Positions 1 through 12,437 of a stretch of 64,000 nucleotides of DNA are shown one piece after another (within the stretch, counting starts at the first letter, position 1; every line of letters starts with the position of its first letter). A program made the translations under genes and the position numbers. The stretch covers positions 18,538,001 through 18,602,000 of the forward strand of contig OX597833.1 in assembly GCA_951406725.2 (NCBI GenBank), in the 5' to 3' direction. The notes below the pieces were generated by a model. The model was not told where the DNA came from. It did not search any database and saw nothing but the letters and a program-made list of their open reading frames with translations. Origin of the DNA: Octopus vulgaris. Its lineage: Eukaryota.

Positions 1-294
1 CACAAGTACCATATTGTGAGATGTTCAGTCCGCGACTGTAACTGAACAACAATAAAATTTGATAATGTAAATAATGTAAATAAAATTTGAGGTTTTCCAC
101 TGTCTAAGGAATGAATTAATTGATTGCATAAAGTAAACGTAATTAATTAATTAATTATGCACAAATATAGACGCGCATACATACACTCAGGCACCTACAA
201 GCAGACACAACAAACTATTTAAATGTGTTTCTTGTCTGAAAAAAAAAATTGTGTGCGTGGAGGAGCTTGTCCTAACACTTGTACACTAATATTT

Positions 295-348
<54 letters not shown>

Positions 349-780
349 AGGAGGAGGAGAAGAAGAAGAAGGAGGAGAAGAAGAAGAAGAAGAAGAAGAA
401 GAAGAAGAAGAAGGAGGAGAAGAAGAAGAAGAAGAAGAAGAAGAAGAAGAAGAAGAAGAAGGAGAAGAAGAAGAAGAAGAAGAAGAACAACAACAACAAC
501 AACAACAAGATGGAGAAGAAGAAGAAGAAGAAGAAGAAGAAGAAGAAGAAGGAGAAGAAGAAGGAGGAGAAGAAGAAGAAGAAGAAGAAGAAGAAGGAGG
601 AGAAGAAGAAGAAGGAGAAGAAGGAGAAGAAGAAGAAGGAGAAGGAGAAGAAGAAGAAGAAGAAGAAGAAGAAGAAGAAGAAGAAGAAGAAGAAGAAGAA
701 GAAGAAGAAGAAGAAGAACAACAACAACAACAACAACAAGAAAAGAAGAAGAACAAGAAGAAGGAGGAGGAGGAAGCAGA
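295..780. repeat. (AAG)n/(AGG)n/(AAC)n compound microsatellite
   Basis: Direct reading; near-pure purine strand; explains the poly-R/K/F/S ORFs. Confidence 0.95.
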
Positions 781-1096
781 TGGGGAGGAGGCGGAGGGGG
801 GAAAAGACAGACAAAGAAAAAAAAATTGAAAGTTTATTTATCTGCTGATTTGCCCTTCTCCGCCTCTAGTTTGCAGTATTTTTGCTTTTCTCTCCAGCGC
901 TTCAAGTAGACAAAAAAGCAACAACAACAACAACAACCACAACAAAAGTAAACAACAAAACCAACGACAACAACAACAAAAGCAACCACAAATTACTATT
1001 GCAAAGACTACGTCAATATTTAATCAGGTTAACCTATTTCAAACGTGTGGTGAACACCTGCATGGAAACTGCTGGTTATAGAGCTATCCAGCAAAG

Positions 1097-1117
1097 TACT
1101 ACAACTACTACTACTAC

Positions 1118-1165
<48 letters not shown>

Positions 1166-1170
1166 TGTTA

Positions 1171-1237
<67 letters not shown>

Positions 1238-1275
1238 TATCATTATTATTATTATTATTATTACTATTATTACTA

Positions 1276-1327
<52 letters not shown>

Positions 1328-1362
1328 TACTATTGTTATTGTTATTGTTATTATTATTATTA

Positions 1363-1405
<43 letters not shown>

Positions 1406-1406
1406 A

Positions 1407-1441
<35 letters not shown>

Positions 1442-1473
1442 TATTATTACTATTATTATTATTGTTATTATTG

Positions 1474-1505
<32 letters not shown>

Positions 1506-1591
1506 GTTGTTGTTATTATTATTATTATTATCATCATTATTATTATTATCATTATTATCATTATTACTATTATTACTATTGTTATTATTAC

Positions 1592-1648
<57 letters not shown>

Positions 1649-1731
1649 CATCATTATCATTATTACTATTATTACTATTGTTATTATTGTTATTATTGTT
1701 ATTATTATTATTATTATTATTACTATTATTA
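1097..1731. repeat. (TAT)n microsatellite with TAC/TGT/CAT variants
   Basis: Direct reading; explains the poly-I/poly-L ORFs. Confidence 0.95.
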
Positions 1732-2104
1732 TTTGATAGATGTAAAACATCAGTTTGTCTATCTGTCCATCTTATCTATTTATACGAGTGTGTGAGTGCA
1801 TATGCGTATCTATGTGTCTGTATATATGTGTGTGTATATGTAGATGTATATATATATATATATATATATATGCATGTATCTATGCATGCATATGTGCATA
1901 TGCATATACTTGCACGTACATGCAAACACACACACACATACACAAACGCGTAAATACACATACACATGGTCCAAAAAATACCAAGGGATCTCTGCTGCAC
2001 GCAAACTTCATAGTGAAGTAAACGGTATCATACTTCATATGATTTTATTTGCTTAGTATTACACTTTTGATCACGAGAACTATCATCATCAAACAAGTAA
2101 TTCT

Positions 2105-2165
<61 letters not shown>

Positions 2166-2660
2166 AAAACAACCCTGAATATTAAATAGGTTGAAGTAGA
2201 TGGAATATGAAATAATGAGAGAGTTTGATATTTGACGCAGCGTAGACAACTCTGGACATATTTCAGTTTTATTACAGCTCATCAGTGAAAGATAGTTAAA
2301 CCGTGACGGTAGATCTTAGGTCACCAGAGAACTATACAGAGTGATTTTGAACGAACGCTGTACAGTGTTTGTCGAGAAGTGGGGAATCGTAAAATTACCG
2401 CCCAGCCTGCAGCACCGAGCTTGGCCAACTCTCAACCTACAGCGCCATCGAGTTGGTGACTAGGATCAAGGGTTACAATGCGGAAAGCATGCACCAGGTC
2501 CCGGAGTCATCTTGAGGCTGTGATGTGCGCGCGTGTGTGTGCCTGTGTGTATGTATATATACATACACACAATTCCGATATTGATATATATGAATATATA
2601 TATTCGTATATATAAATATATATATATATATATGTAAATATGTATGTGTATGTATACATC

Positions 2661-2703
<43 letters not shown>

Positions 2704-2705
<2 letters not shown>

Positions 2706-2887
2706 TCTTATTCTTTTATCCTTTTATTTGTTTCACTCATTTCACTGCGGCCATGCTGGAGTACCGCCTTTAGTCGAGCAAATCGACCCCAGGACTTTGT
2801 AAGCCTAGTACTTATTCTATCGGTTCTCATTTGCCAAACCGCTAAGTTACGGGGATGTAAACACACCAGCATCTGTTGTGAAGCGAT
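2704..2887 (-). mobile_element. SINE family 1, 3' half
   Basis: Matches the 3' half of full copies (GCGGCCATGCTGGAG..CCGCCTTTAGTCGAGCAAATCGACCCCAGG). Confidence 0.8.
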
Positions 2888-2911
2888 AAAAAAGAAAAGA
2901 AAGTAAATAAG

Positions 2912-3033
<122 letters not shown>

Positions 3034-3195
3034 AGATAGATACATGTTGCTTGTCTTGTTTTCCATTTGTTTCTTTCGTTGTTCGCAAAAACAGTTCATA
3101 TTCCATGTATTCGTATTTTGTATTTCTCGTTGTTTTCGTATTTTATATTGTTTACGTTCTTTGACGCCCTGTGCCCACATATGCATATGTATATA

Positions 3196-3282
<87 letters not shown>

Positions 3283-3303
3283 GCATATATATATATATAT
3301 ATA

Positions 3304-3343
<40 letters not shown>

Positions 3344-3983
3344 TATATATATTATTTATATCATTATATGTATGTATGTACATATATATTATTCTTTCTG
3401 GTATAGACACAAGGTATGAAATTTTTGTGGGCTGACGGGTGGGGTTAGCCCATTATGAAACCCAGTAGCCAACAGGTATTTATTTTAATGAATTTGTCGT
3501 TTTAATATTTCAATGTGTAACTTGAAAGAGTGATATAGTACTTACGATATTGGCAAGCTTCACCATAAAAGTCTGGGGCACACCAACAGTGACCTTTCTT
3601 AACACATCGACCTCCATTTTGACATCGTTCTTTGCATAAAGCTATGAATGAATACAAACAGACATATATTTTATATCCATGTATGCAAGATTAGTGTAAA
3701 ACAGCATAAGCGCGTATATACATATATATATATATATATAAAAATTAATATAAATAAGGATAAGATCGATATTCAAAATACCGATCCTATCAGATGGCCA
3801 GCATGAGAATAAAAATCTTTAAAAAGGTAATAATTATTTAAAATTGTAATTTAGGGTATCTAAGACATACCAGCACGCTTGAAATAGCTGTCAAAACTAG
3901 ACTCTAAGACCATATTAAATGTTCATATGGCACCAGGAGAGAAGACAAAGACACAAAATAAACTAGCAAAAAATTACTGGATA

Positions 3984-4042
3984 ATTCCAGATCCCTGATT
4001 TCTGGCTTTGCATAAGAAATGCTTTGCCTTCATCAGTGGAAT
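3984..4042 (-). ncRNA. Type I hammerhead ribozyme motif
   Basis: Minus strand: AUUCCA-CUGAUGA-A-GGC aaa GCAU uucuu AUGC aaa GCC-A-GAAA-UC agg GA-UC-UGGAAU; 6-bp stem I, intact core, AUC cleavage triplet. Confidence 0.7.
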
Positions 4043-4335
4043 ACACTCAGATCGCACATATATACAAATATAATAAATAATTTGATATATATATTTATAA
4101 TTTATAGTTAATTGATATAAACAGCTGGACGCAATATAATACCATAAAGAAGAAAAATTAAATCATCACTAAATGTGACTAAGAGTACTGATACACCAAC
4201 ATTGCTAGAAATAGGAGTAAAATACCTCTTATACTGTAGGAAGAAACTTCCTTATGACCGTATGTACGTTTATGTATATATGTATGGGTGTGTGTTGTGT
4301 GTGTGTGAGTGAGTGACTGAGTGAGTGTGTGTGTA

Positions 4336-4385
<50 letters not shown>

Positions 4386-4778
4386 TGTGTATATGTATGT
4401 TTCAATGTATATATATGCTAAATGTCATTACAGATAAAAGAAAAGAGAATTATGAGATCATTAATATATGCCAAAACTCATCTTACATACATTTCCATAG
4501 CATCTAATTACTCACTGTGTATCTCACATCGTGTGCAGTAAAATGCATGTGTGTATGCATACGTATTTTTATATATCCCATACTGCCCAACACTGGGTGG
4601 ACACCAGCATTCATGACAGGTTAAAGATGAGCTAATCTAGTTTCATACTAAACTTTTAGGTAAAAAGTTATCTTTTTTAACGCTCTTGCATTTACCGTTC
4701 TAAAATTTGAAAATGTTATTTATTTATATAATTATCTATCTATGTATTCAATTTTCTATATAAGTTCAGGTTTTATGC

Positions 4779-5021
4779 TACATTATTTACATTATCTACA
4801 TTATTTACAATTGACGGATATTTGTCCTCATCATGTTTGTTGTTAACACAACGTTTCGGCTGATATACCCTCCAGCCTTCATCAGGTGTCTTGGGGAAAT
4901 TTCGAACCTGGTTTCTCATTCCTATGGTATTTTTCGATGTTGCTGCTGTTGTTGTTGTTATTATTATTATTATTATTATAATTATTATTATTATTATTAT
5001 TATTACTATTATTATTATTAC

Positions 5022-5103
<82 letters not shown>

Positions 5104-5172
5104 TTCACTGCCTGGAATCGAACTCAGAATCTTAGGGTTAGTAGCCCGCGTTCTTAACCGCTACGCCATATG
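4779..5172 (-). mobile_element. Composite SINE-like element: tRNA-like head + (AAT)n spacer + hammerhead-containing 3' region + (TAAATAATG)n-like tail
   Basis: Head 5172-5101 has A box TGGCGTAGCGG and B box GAGTTCGATTCC; AAT array 5100-4960; hammerhead 4890-4845; 9-bp repeat tail ending near 4779. Confidence 0.7.
4845..4890 (-). ncRNA. Minimal type I hammerhead ribozyme motif (palindromic stem III)
   Basis: Minus strand: GACAC-CUGAUGA-A-GGCUG gaggguauau CAGCC-GAAA-CG-UU-GUGUU; 5-bp stems I and II, ACGU palindrome, GUU triplet. Confidence 0.8.
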
Positions 5173-5648
5173 TTGTTGTTTCGAAACATTTTTACTTTTA
5201 CATTCACACACACGTACAAACACATACGTAGAGGCATCTTTCATGTTTTACTTGTTTCAGCCACTGAACTCTGGACATACCGGGGCACCGACATGAAGGG
5301 TTTACCTCAGGAGTACAATTTGTCAAACTCCGGCATTTATTCCATAAATCTCCTTTGTCAAAATAAGTACTAGGCTTATAAAGAATAAGTCCTGGGGTCG
5401 ATTTGCTCGACTAAAAACATGGCCACAGTCAAATGTCTGAAACAAGTAAAAGATGTATGTGTATACATATATATATATACACACACATACATATACACCT
5501 ATATATACACATATACATACACACACATATATATTCATGCATATATATATACATATATATATATATACATATATATATATACATACATATATATATATAT
5601 ATATATCCATATATATATATATATATCCATATATATATATATATATCC

Positions 5649-5716
<68 letters not shown>

Positions 5717-7002
5717 CGCTATGTATCATCAATATGTATTTAATACGCTATTTGTTTTTGTATTTACACTTATTCCACTATTTATTATTCACCTTCATGT
5801 ATTCAACTGTATTCCACTTTCACCTTTTAAATTTAATTTTCTGCGAGCTATCATGTATTCAGCTTTAACCAACTTATTACACTGCGCGTATATATGTCTT
5901 GATTTTAACAGATCAAAAACCAGGATTAATTTGAAATTACAGATTGAAATTTAAGAAACCCAAAGTGTGTTTGGTACCTCCTCATGTCTCTATGAGGAAC
6001 TTTGTTCTTCGGAAACTTTGTAATGAATATGAATCATAATGCTATTATGTACATTTGTATCTTTTGCGCATAAACCAAACCTGTTATCTCTTGAAAACCT
6101 TTATAACATTATCTAACATGTTTGTAAGATCAAGTACCAATGTGTAAATGCACATGTATTTTGATAGTTTTGCAGACATATACATGTACAACATTTAGGA
6201 AATTAGGTTGAGCATTTGTTGTAGAAAATAACATAATGTAGAATAACGAGTGAATCATTCGCTGCAACATATTGTACATATTAAAAGTTATCAAACCTGT
6301 ATATTTGGAAAGCGATAAATATAATTTATTTTTCCTGTTATTTTGGTATTTTTACTTACATCGTCATACTCTCATTTGAAATTTTTATCTTATACATTTT
6401 TCAACAATATATCTCCAATTGGAAAAATCGAATATTTATACACACAAACCAAAAAAAGTTAAAACCCGCTGTCATTATTGACAGCTCGGATACTCTAGTA
6501 AATTTGAAACAGAAAACCAGAAACAAATCTAGTGACGTTATGAAAGGGAAACAGATTCAGTGATGTCATACATTTGTATTGACGTCAAAATACAGATAAC
6601 AGTCTCACAAACGTTTATAACAGAAGAAAACTATTGAAGTCATGACGCCATAAAAAATGAAGCAAACCTCTTGTGTTTTTCTGTTTCAAATTATCTATCA
6701 TGTCTACGATCTCTGTTGAAAATTTTAGCTGTTAATTCATTCCATACACTAGTAATGATAATATGAATCATATTTTGTGGCAAGCTGGCAGAATCGTGAG
6801 CACATCGGACAAAACGCATAGTGGTATTACTAGCTTTACGTTCTGAGTTCAGATACCACCTAGGTCCATTGTAATGTTTTAATCTTTTTTCGGGGTCGAT
6901 TAAATAAGTAGCAGGTGAGCACTGGGATTGATATAATCAACTTGCCCTTTCCGTTAAAATTGCTGTCCTTGTGTCTACAGTTGAAAGAATTACTAACAAT
7001 AA

Positions 7003-7236
7003 AGGCGGCGAGCTGGCAGAATCGTTAGCACGCCGGGCGAAATGCTTTGCAGTATTTCGTCTGCCGCTACGTTCTGAGTTCAAATTCCGCCGAGGTCGAC
7101 TTTGCCTTTCATCCTTTCGGAGTTGATTAAATACATACCAGTTAAGCACTGGGGTCGATATAATCGACTTAATCCGTTTGTCTGTCCTTGTTTGTCCCTT
7201 CTGTGTTTAGCCCCTTGTGGGTAGTAAACAAATAAA
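7003..7236 (+). mobile_element. SINE family 2 (tRNA-like head, Nin/Deu-like central domain)
   Basis: GGCGGCGAGCTGGCAGAATCGTTAGCAC head, B-box-like GAGTTCAAATTCC, GCCTTTCATCCTTTCGG core; many copies in the window. Confidence 0.85.
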
Positions 7237-7986
7237 TAATATGATTGGAAATTAACAGTTACTAGTCAGTATTACCAAATGAATGGTATCTAATAACGAT
7301 TTATTAGTGGCAACTGATAATGATCTATGAGCGCTTTTTAAGAATGACTTATGACTGATATTTAATGATGGCTTAATGAGTGAACTCTAAAGAATAATAC
7401 TTAAGAAAGATTTATAGGTGGGACTCAATAGCATCTTAAGAATGGTACTTAGTGACATCATAAGAGTGCTATCTACTAACTACATGTGGATGCCTAAGGA
7501 ATGATGCTCTGTAAGGACTAAGGAATGATGTCCCATAACCCCTTATGAGGGGTACCTTATAACATTTTAAAATTAACTGAAAAAGCTAATGTAGAAAAAG
7601 AAAAAAGACAGACCTGGCACGACAAAGACACCCGGTTTAGGGGACAACTGCACCCATCCGTTCTACTCTTCCCACTATTCCTAGGAGGTTACTGAGTTTA
7701 GGGTCCTCTGGCGCCTCCTCAATAGGGTTCTATCAGAAGCAGCATCCGGCTAAAGCATCTGTTTTCAGTAAACCTATGGATTCCTTATAAACATCATCGG
7801 AAATAAAATAAGGTGAGAATAGCTAATAGGTTTTCTGACGTAATTTCGACCATAATCGGAGTATTTCTATTACTTCATCTGCGTATAAAACAAGGCTGAA
7901 TATATTTGAATATATTATAAATATATATTATATTTATATATTTTTTTTTTGCAAGATTTTTGATGTGCAATCGTGTGTTGAAACAG

Positions 7987-8259
7987 ATACTGTTGTATTT
8001 AAGAATGGTCATTTTGCCAGTTTAGCCAATAAAAACACACGCACTATATATTTGGTGTTACTTTGCTTCAGCGTTATTTATTTTTTACATTAACCCTAAT
8101 CTTATTTCGGCCAAAGTTTTTCGTCACATTTCTGGCCGAAATTAATGTAAGATTAATGTAAAAAATAAATAACGCTGAAGCAAAGTAACACCAACTATAT
8201 AGTGCGTGTGTTTTTATTGGCTAAACTAGCAAAATGACCATTCTTAAATACAACAATAT
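7987..8259. mobile_element. Long palindromic MITE / fold-back element
   Basis: About 125-bp near-perfect inverted arms (GTTGTATTTAAGAATGGTCATTTTGC...TTTCGGCC / GGCCGAAA...GACCATTCTTAAATACAAC) around a ~20-bp spacer. Confidence 0.75.
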
Positions 8260-8658
8260 ATTATATTATAATGAGCATATTATAGTTTCACAAGGTAGAA
8301 TCGCATGATGCATTTTTCAAGCTGAGTCACCAGGATGGTAACCTAGGAGTAGAGCAAGAACGAGATGGCTGGATAATATCCATAGCTTCGGTTGGTCACG
8401 CTTGGAAATCCAGACTGAAAATCTAATGACGGTTGCTTTTGAGAGGACCCTGTGAAGAAGGTGTCTGAGAACTCTCCGCCCACGACTCTGCCAGGTATAG
8501 TAGGCGGAGAAGATGGAATGAGATGGAATGGGATAGGATTGATGGGTGGATGGATGGATGCTAATAAATTATTTATTCTAGTATTAATAATAGTTATAAT
8601 AATGAACTATATTAAGGAACGTGTGATAATTTTACTTCTCTCACACACTAACACACAA

Positions 8659-8713
<55 letters not shown>

Positions 8714-8849
8714 AATTTGGGTCTCAATGACACCATTATCTCTTATATATAATATTATTGGGGAATATTATTCCAAACTTACAGGGAAAAATTCAATTTA
8801 GTAATACTAGATCAAATTTCACAATATATAATATATGTATATAAATGAG

Positions 8850-9100
8850 AGAAGAACCACCTTTAAGTAATTCAACAATGAAATAATAATGATATAATTA
8901 AATTATACCATATAGAAAAAAATTAAATATACGATAAAAACATATACCAATAATTAAGTAAAGTACAAAATAATAAATTATAAATGTATAATTTAATTAT
9001 TGGTATATGTTTTATCGTATATTTAATTTTTTGTCTATATGGTATAATTTAATTATATCAGTGTTATTTCATTGTTGAATTGCCAAAAGGTGGTTCTTCT
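8850..9100. repeat. AT-rich inverted repeat (~105-bp arms) of a dispersed repeat family
   Basis: AGAAGAACCACCTTT...ATACCAATAATTAA inverted at 8993-9100; related sequence recurs at 13430-13895. Confidence 0.7.
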
Positions 9101-9101
9101 T

Positions 9102-9155
<54 letters not shown>

Positions 9156-10416
9156 GGGAGGGGGCATATAAATGTATGTACGCAAATATACAGATATATA
9201 ATTAGCCTTACGAAAATTCTGGTTATAGAATTCTGCGTTTACGGAAAACTGTAGACTACTTATTTCAGGATACGGCCTGTAATTCCTCCTTTAAGGAAAC
9301 ATGGGTAAATGATAACAATTTTATGAACAAGATTCACGATGCCGATTTTTCGTGTCACACCAACGTTCGTGAATTCCATCTTTTCCTCCACCTTGTACGC
9401 GTGTGTGAGGGTGCACCATATCAACTGACCTGGGCATTGCTTCTACCTTTAATCAAACAGTACTTCTTACTTCACTCATTTCAGTTTTGCATTTATATGT
9501 TTACGTCAAAAGTTATGACAACCATCTTTTTATCGATGCAGGGCATCACTATTTTCTTCGGATTCTCCTGTTTTATCATTTGCTGTGAATTTTCTTCCCT
9601 ATCACCACACACGACAAATTTTTTTGTTTTTAGTTTTCTCATAATGTCGGTTACCCAGTCCATGGCGAAAGATGACCGAGGTCACCACTCAATCTAGAGC
9701 AATAATTTCTTTTCCTTTTTATGCTACTCTGGTATATTTTATTTCAAACTACCATTATTAAGTTTCAAAACAAAAATAAATAAAATAAACTCATTTGAAA
9801 AACTAAGAGAAGAAGGACTAGACTGACAATTACAGAAATTTCAAACGCGATTAATAATCAGAACTATTTTTCCTCGAGTTCTACAACTAATGAGGTCGAT
9901 TACCTGACTTCCATGGCGTATAAGTGACCGAGATCACAACAGTTTCCCTGGACGGAACGACGGTCCGTTGCAGAATTCACGGCCAGTAATTTTTGAGGGA
10001 ATAGGACTAGATGATTACATCGACTCTCCCCCCAGCACTTGACTATTACCTTATTTTATCGACCCCGAAGGGATGAAAAACAAAGTTGACCTCGGCAGCA
10101 TTTGAACTGAAAACACAGAGCCGACGTGTTTAACGATTCAACCAATTCACCGCCATTTTCTGGCATATTACATCACCCATTTGCATGACAACTGGAAAGT
10201 AAGTATAGAATCATAATAGTAGTTTACTAGCAACGGATTATACAGGTTCAGTTACTTATGAAACTGAGTATATTTACTGCACCAGGTCTATTTTACACTA
10301 CATGTTGAGCCTTAAGTTGATTTTAGAATCTTATTAGGTATCATTGATAAGTCGTTATACAGTGCCACTCAAATTGGTGCCACTCATTATTCTCTATCAG
10401 GAATTAACCATAAGAA

Positions 10417-11160
10417 TTTATAAAGTACCATTCATAAATATCTTTTAGATAAAACTCTTACGGTGTCATTAGGAGCTATTCTTGAGTTGCTGTTACGTAG
10501 AAGTGAAGAAAGGCGGCGAACTGGCAGAATCGTTAGCACGCCGGGCGAAATGCTTAGCGGTATTTCGCCTGCCGCAACGTTCTGAGTTCAAATTCCGCCG
10601 AGGTCGACTTTGCCTTTCATCCTTTCGGGGTCGATTAAATAAGTACCAGTTATGCACTGGGGTCGATATAATCGACTTAATCCGTTTGTGTGTCCTTCTG
10701 TGTTTAGCCCCTTGTGGGTAGTAAAGAAATAGGTAGAAGTGAAGATATTAGCACAAAAAAAATCATAAAACATGAAACTAGCAAGTAAAGTAGGATTGAA
10801 ACTGAAATCAGAAAAAACAAATTTGCTAAAAAAACAAGCTGAAAGCTAGACAAGCAATTTTATCCGACACGATTTTGCCACTTAACTGCCTTGCAGTACA
10901 ATATATTCTCTAAAACAGTACTAATCATGTGTATTTATAAAGTACCGTTCATAAGTATCTTTTAGATAAAACTCTTAAGATGTCATTAGGAGCCATTCTT
11001 AAGTTGCTCTTATGTAGAAGTGGAAAAGGAATCAGAAAGCATGAAAGTAGCCAGCAAAACTAAAATCAGGTAAAACAACTTTGCTAAAACAAGCTGAAAA
11101 CCAGACAAGCTGTTTTATCCGACACGATTTTTCCACTTCCATTGCCTTGCAATGCATAAA
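10417..11160 (+). repeat. Two-copy local tandem duplication; first copy interrupted by a SINE
   Basis: TTTATAAAGTACC.TTCATAA..ATCTTTTAGATAAAACTCTTA and TTTTATCCGACACGATTTT each occur twice. Confidence 0.75.
10512..10732 (+). mobile_element. SINE family 2 with target-site duplication
   Basis: Full head; TSD GTAGAAGTGAAGA at 10497-10509 and 10733-10745. Confidence 0.9.
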
Positions 11161-11184
11161 ATTGCTGATAACCCAAGTAATATA

Positions 11185-11552
11185 CTTTTCTACTCTAGGC
11201 CGAAATTTTGGGGCAGGGGTGAGGGCGCAGTCGACCCCAGTACGCAACTGGTACTTAATTTATTGATCTCGAAAAGATGAAAGCCAAAGTTGACCTCGGC
11301 GGAATTTGAACTCAGAACACAAAGACAGACGAAATACCTATTTCTTTACTACCTACAAGGGGCTAAACACAGAGAGGACAAACGAGGACAGACACACGGA
11401 TTAAGTCGACTATATCGACCCCAGTGCGTAACTGGTACTTATTTATTAGACCCCCCGAAAAGATGAAAGGCAAAGTCGACCTCGGTGGAATTTGAACTCA
11501 GAACGTAGCGGCAGACGAAATACGGCTACGCATTTCGCCCGCTCGCCGCCTT
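11185..11552 (-). mobile_element. SINE family 2, dimeric form
   Basis: Head at right end, two B-box/core units, alternative tail CCTAGAGTAGAAAAG. Confidence 0.8.
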
Positions 11553-11829
11553 CCTACAACACAAATATTGAGAAATAGAACTAGTAGAAATGACTACAAA
11601 AAAATAAGAATGATCAAAATGGAAACCATTTACCGTCTACAATGTGGCCAACACACATAAAATGGAAGCTGATATAGAAACAATAACAGAAAATGCCGCA
11701 AAAGCTAAAAAAAAAATGAATCAAATTCAGAACTGCAAAATGTCAATGCAGAAACAGACACTGGCTTAGCCGGGGAAAAAAACTGTACAGAGGAGACGTG
11801 GTTAAAAATAAAAATAGTAGATAAATATA

Positions 11830-11957
11830 GGCGCAGATCTGGCTGCGTGGTTAGGTAGCGCGCTTTGCAACCGTATGGTTGCAAATATCCTCTACCATAG
11901 ACCCGATCTGATCAATGCCTTGTAAGTTTGGTAGAGAGAAACTGTGAGGAAGCTCGC

Positions 11958-11988
<31 letters not shown>

Positions 11989-12250
11989 TACTTTTACTGG
12001 CTTTAGCTCGACTATACTGGAGCACCGATGTTTTGTGTGTGTGTGTGTGTGTGTGTGAATCTGTGTGTCTATGTGTATGTCTGTGTCAATGTCTGGTATC
12101 ACACTCTATTCCTGCTTGATAACCAGTGTTGGTTGGCTTATGTCCCCGTAACTTAGCGTTAAAATATGTACCAAACTGGAAAAAAAAGACTTAAGTACTG
12201 AGTTGGTGCCCCAGTATGGCCGCAGTCCAACGACTGAAATACGTGACAGA
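11830..12250 (+). mobile_element. SINE family 1, degenerate
   Basis: GGCGCAG..TGGCTGCGTGGTTAG head; TCCCCGTAACTTAGCG and ATGGCCGCAGTCCAA tail motifs. Confidence 0.6.
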
Positions 12251-12395
12251 TAAATGGGGTTTTTTTCTGGGATTTTCATTTTTCCTTTTCAAGATTGGTA
12301 CATATTTTACTGTTAAGTTACGGAGTCATAAAAAAAAACCAACACTAGTTGTCAAGCATTGGATAGAGTATGATACTAAAACACAGGCACAAACA

Positions 12396-12437
<42 letters not shown>

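Noticed and set aside
223-1953. Long ORFs (poly-R, K, S, F, I, L)
   Set aside because: Trinucleotide microsatellites lacking stops in some frames; no splice or domain support.
2250-2292. Minus-strand CUGAUGAG...GAAAUAUGUC hammerhead-like core
   Set aside because: Stems I and II cannot be paired; at best a heavily decayed copy.
9323-9697. 124-aa plus-strand ORF in unique sequence
   Set aside because: No recognisable domain or convincing splice sites.
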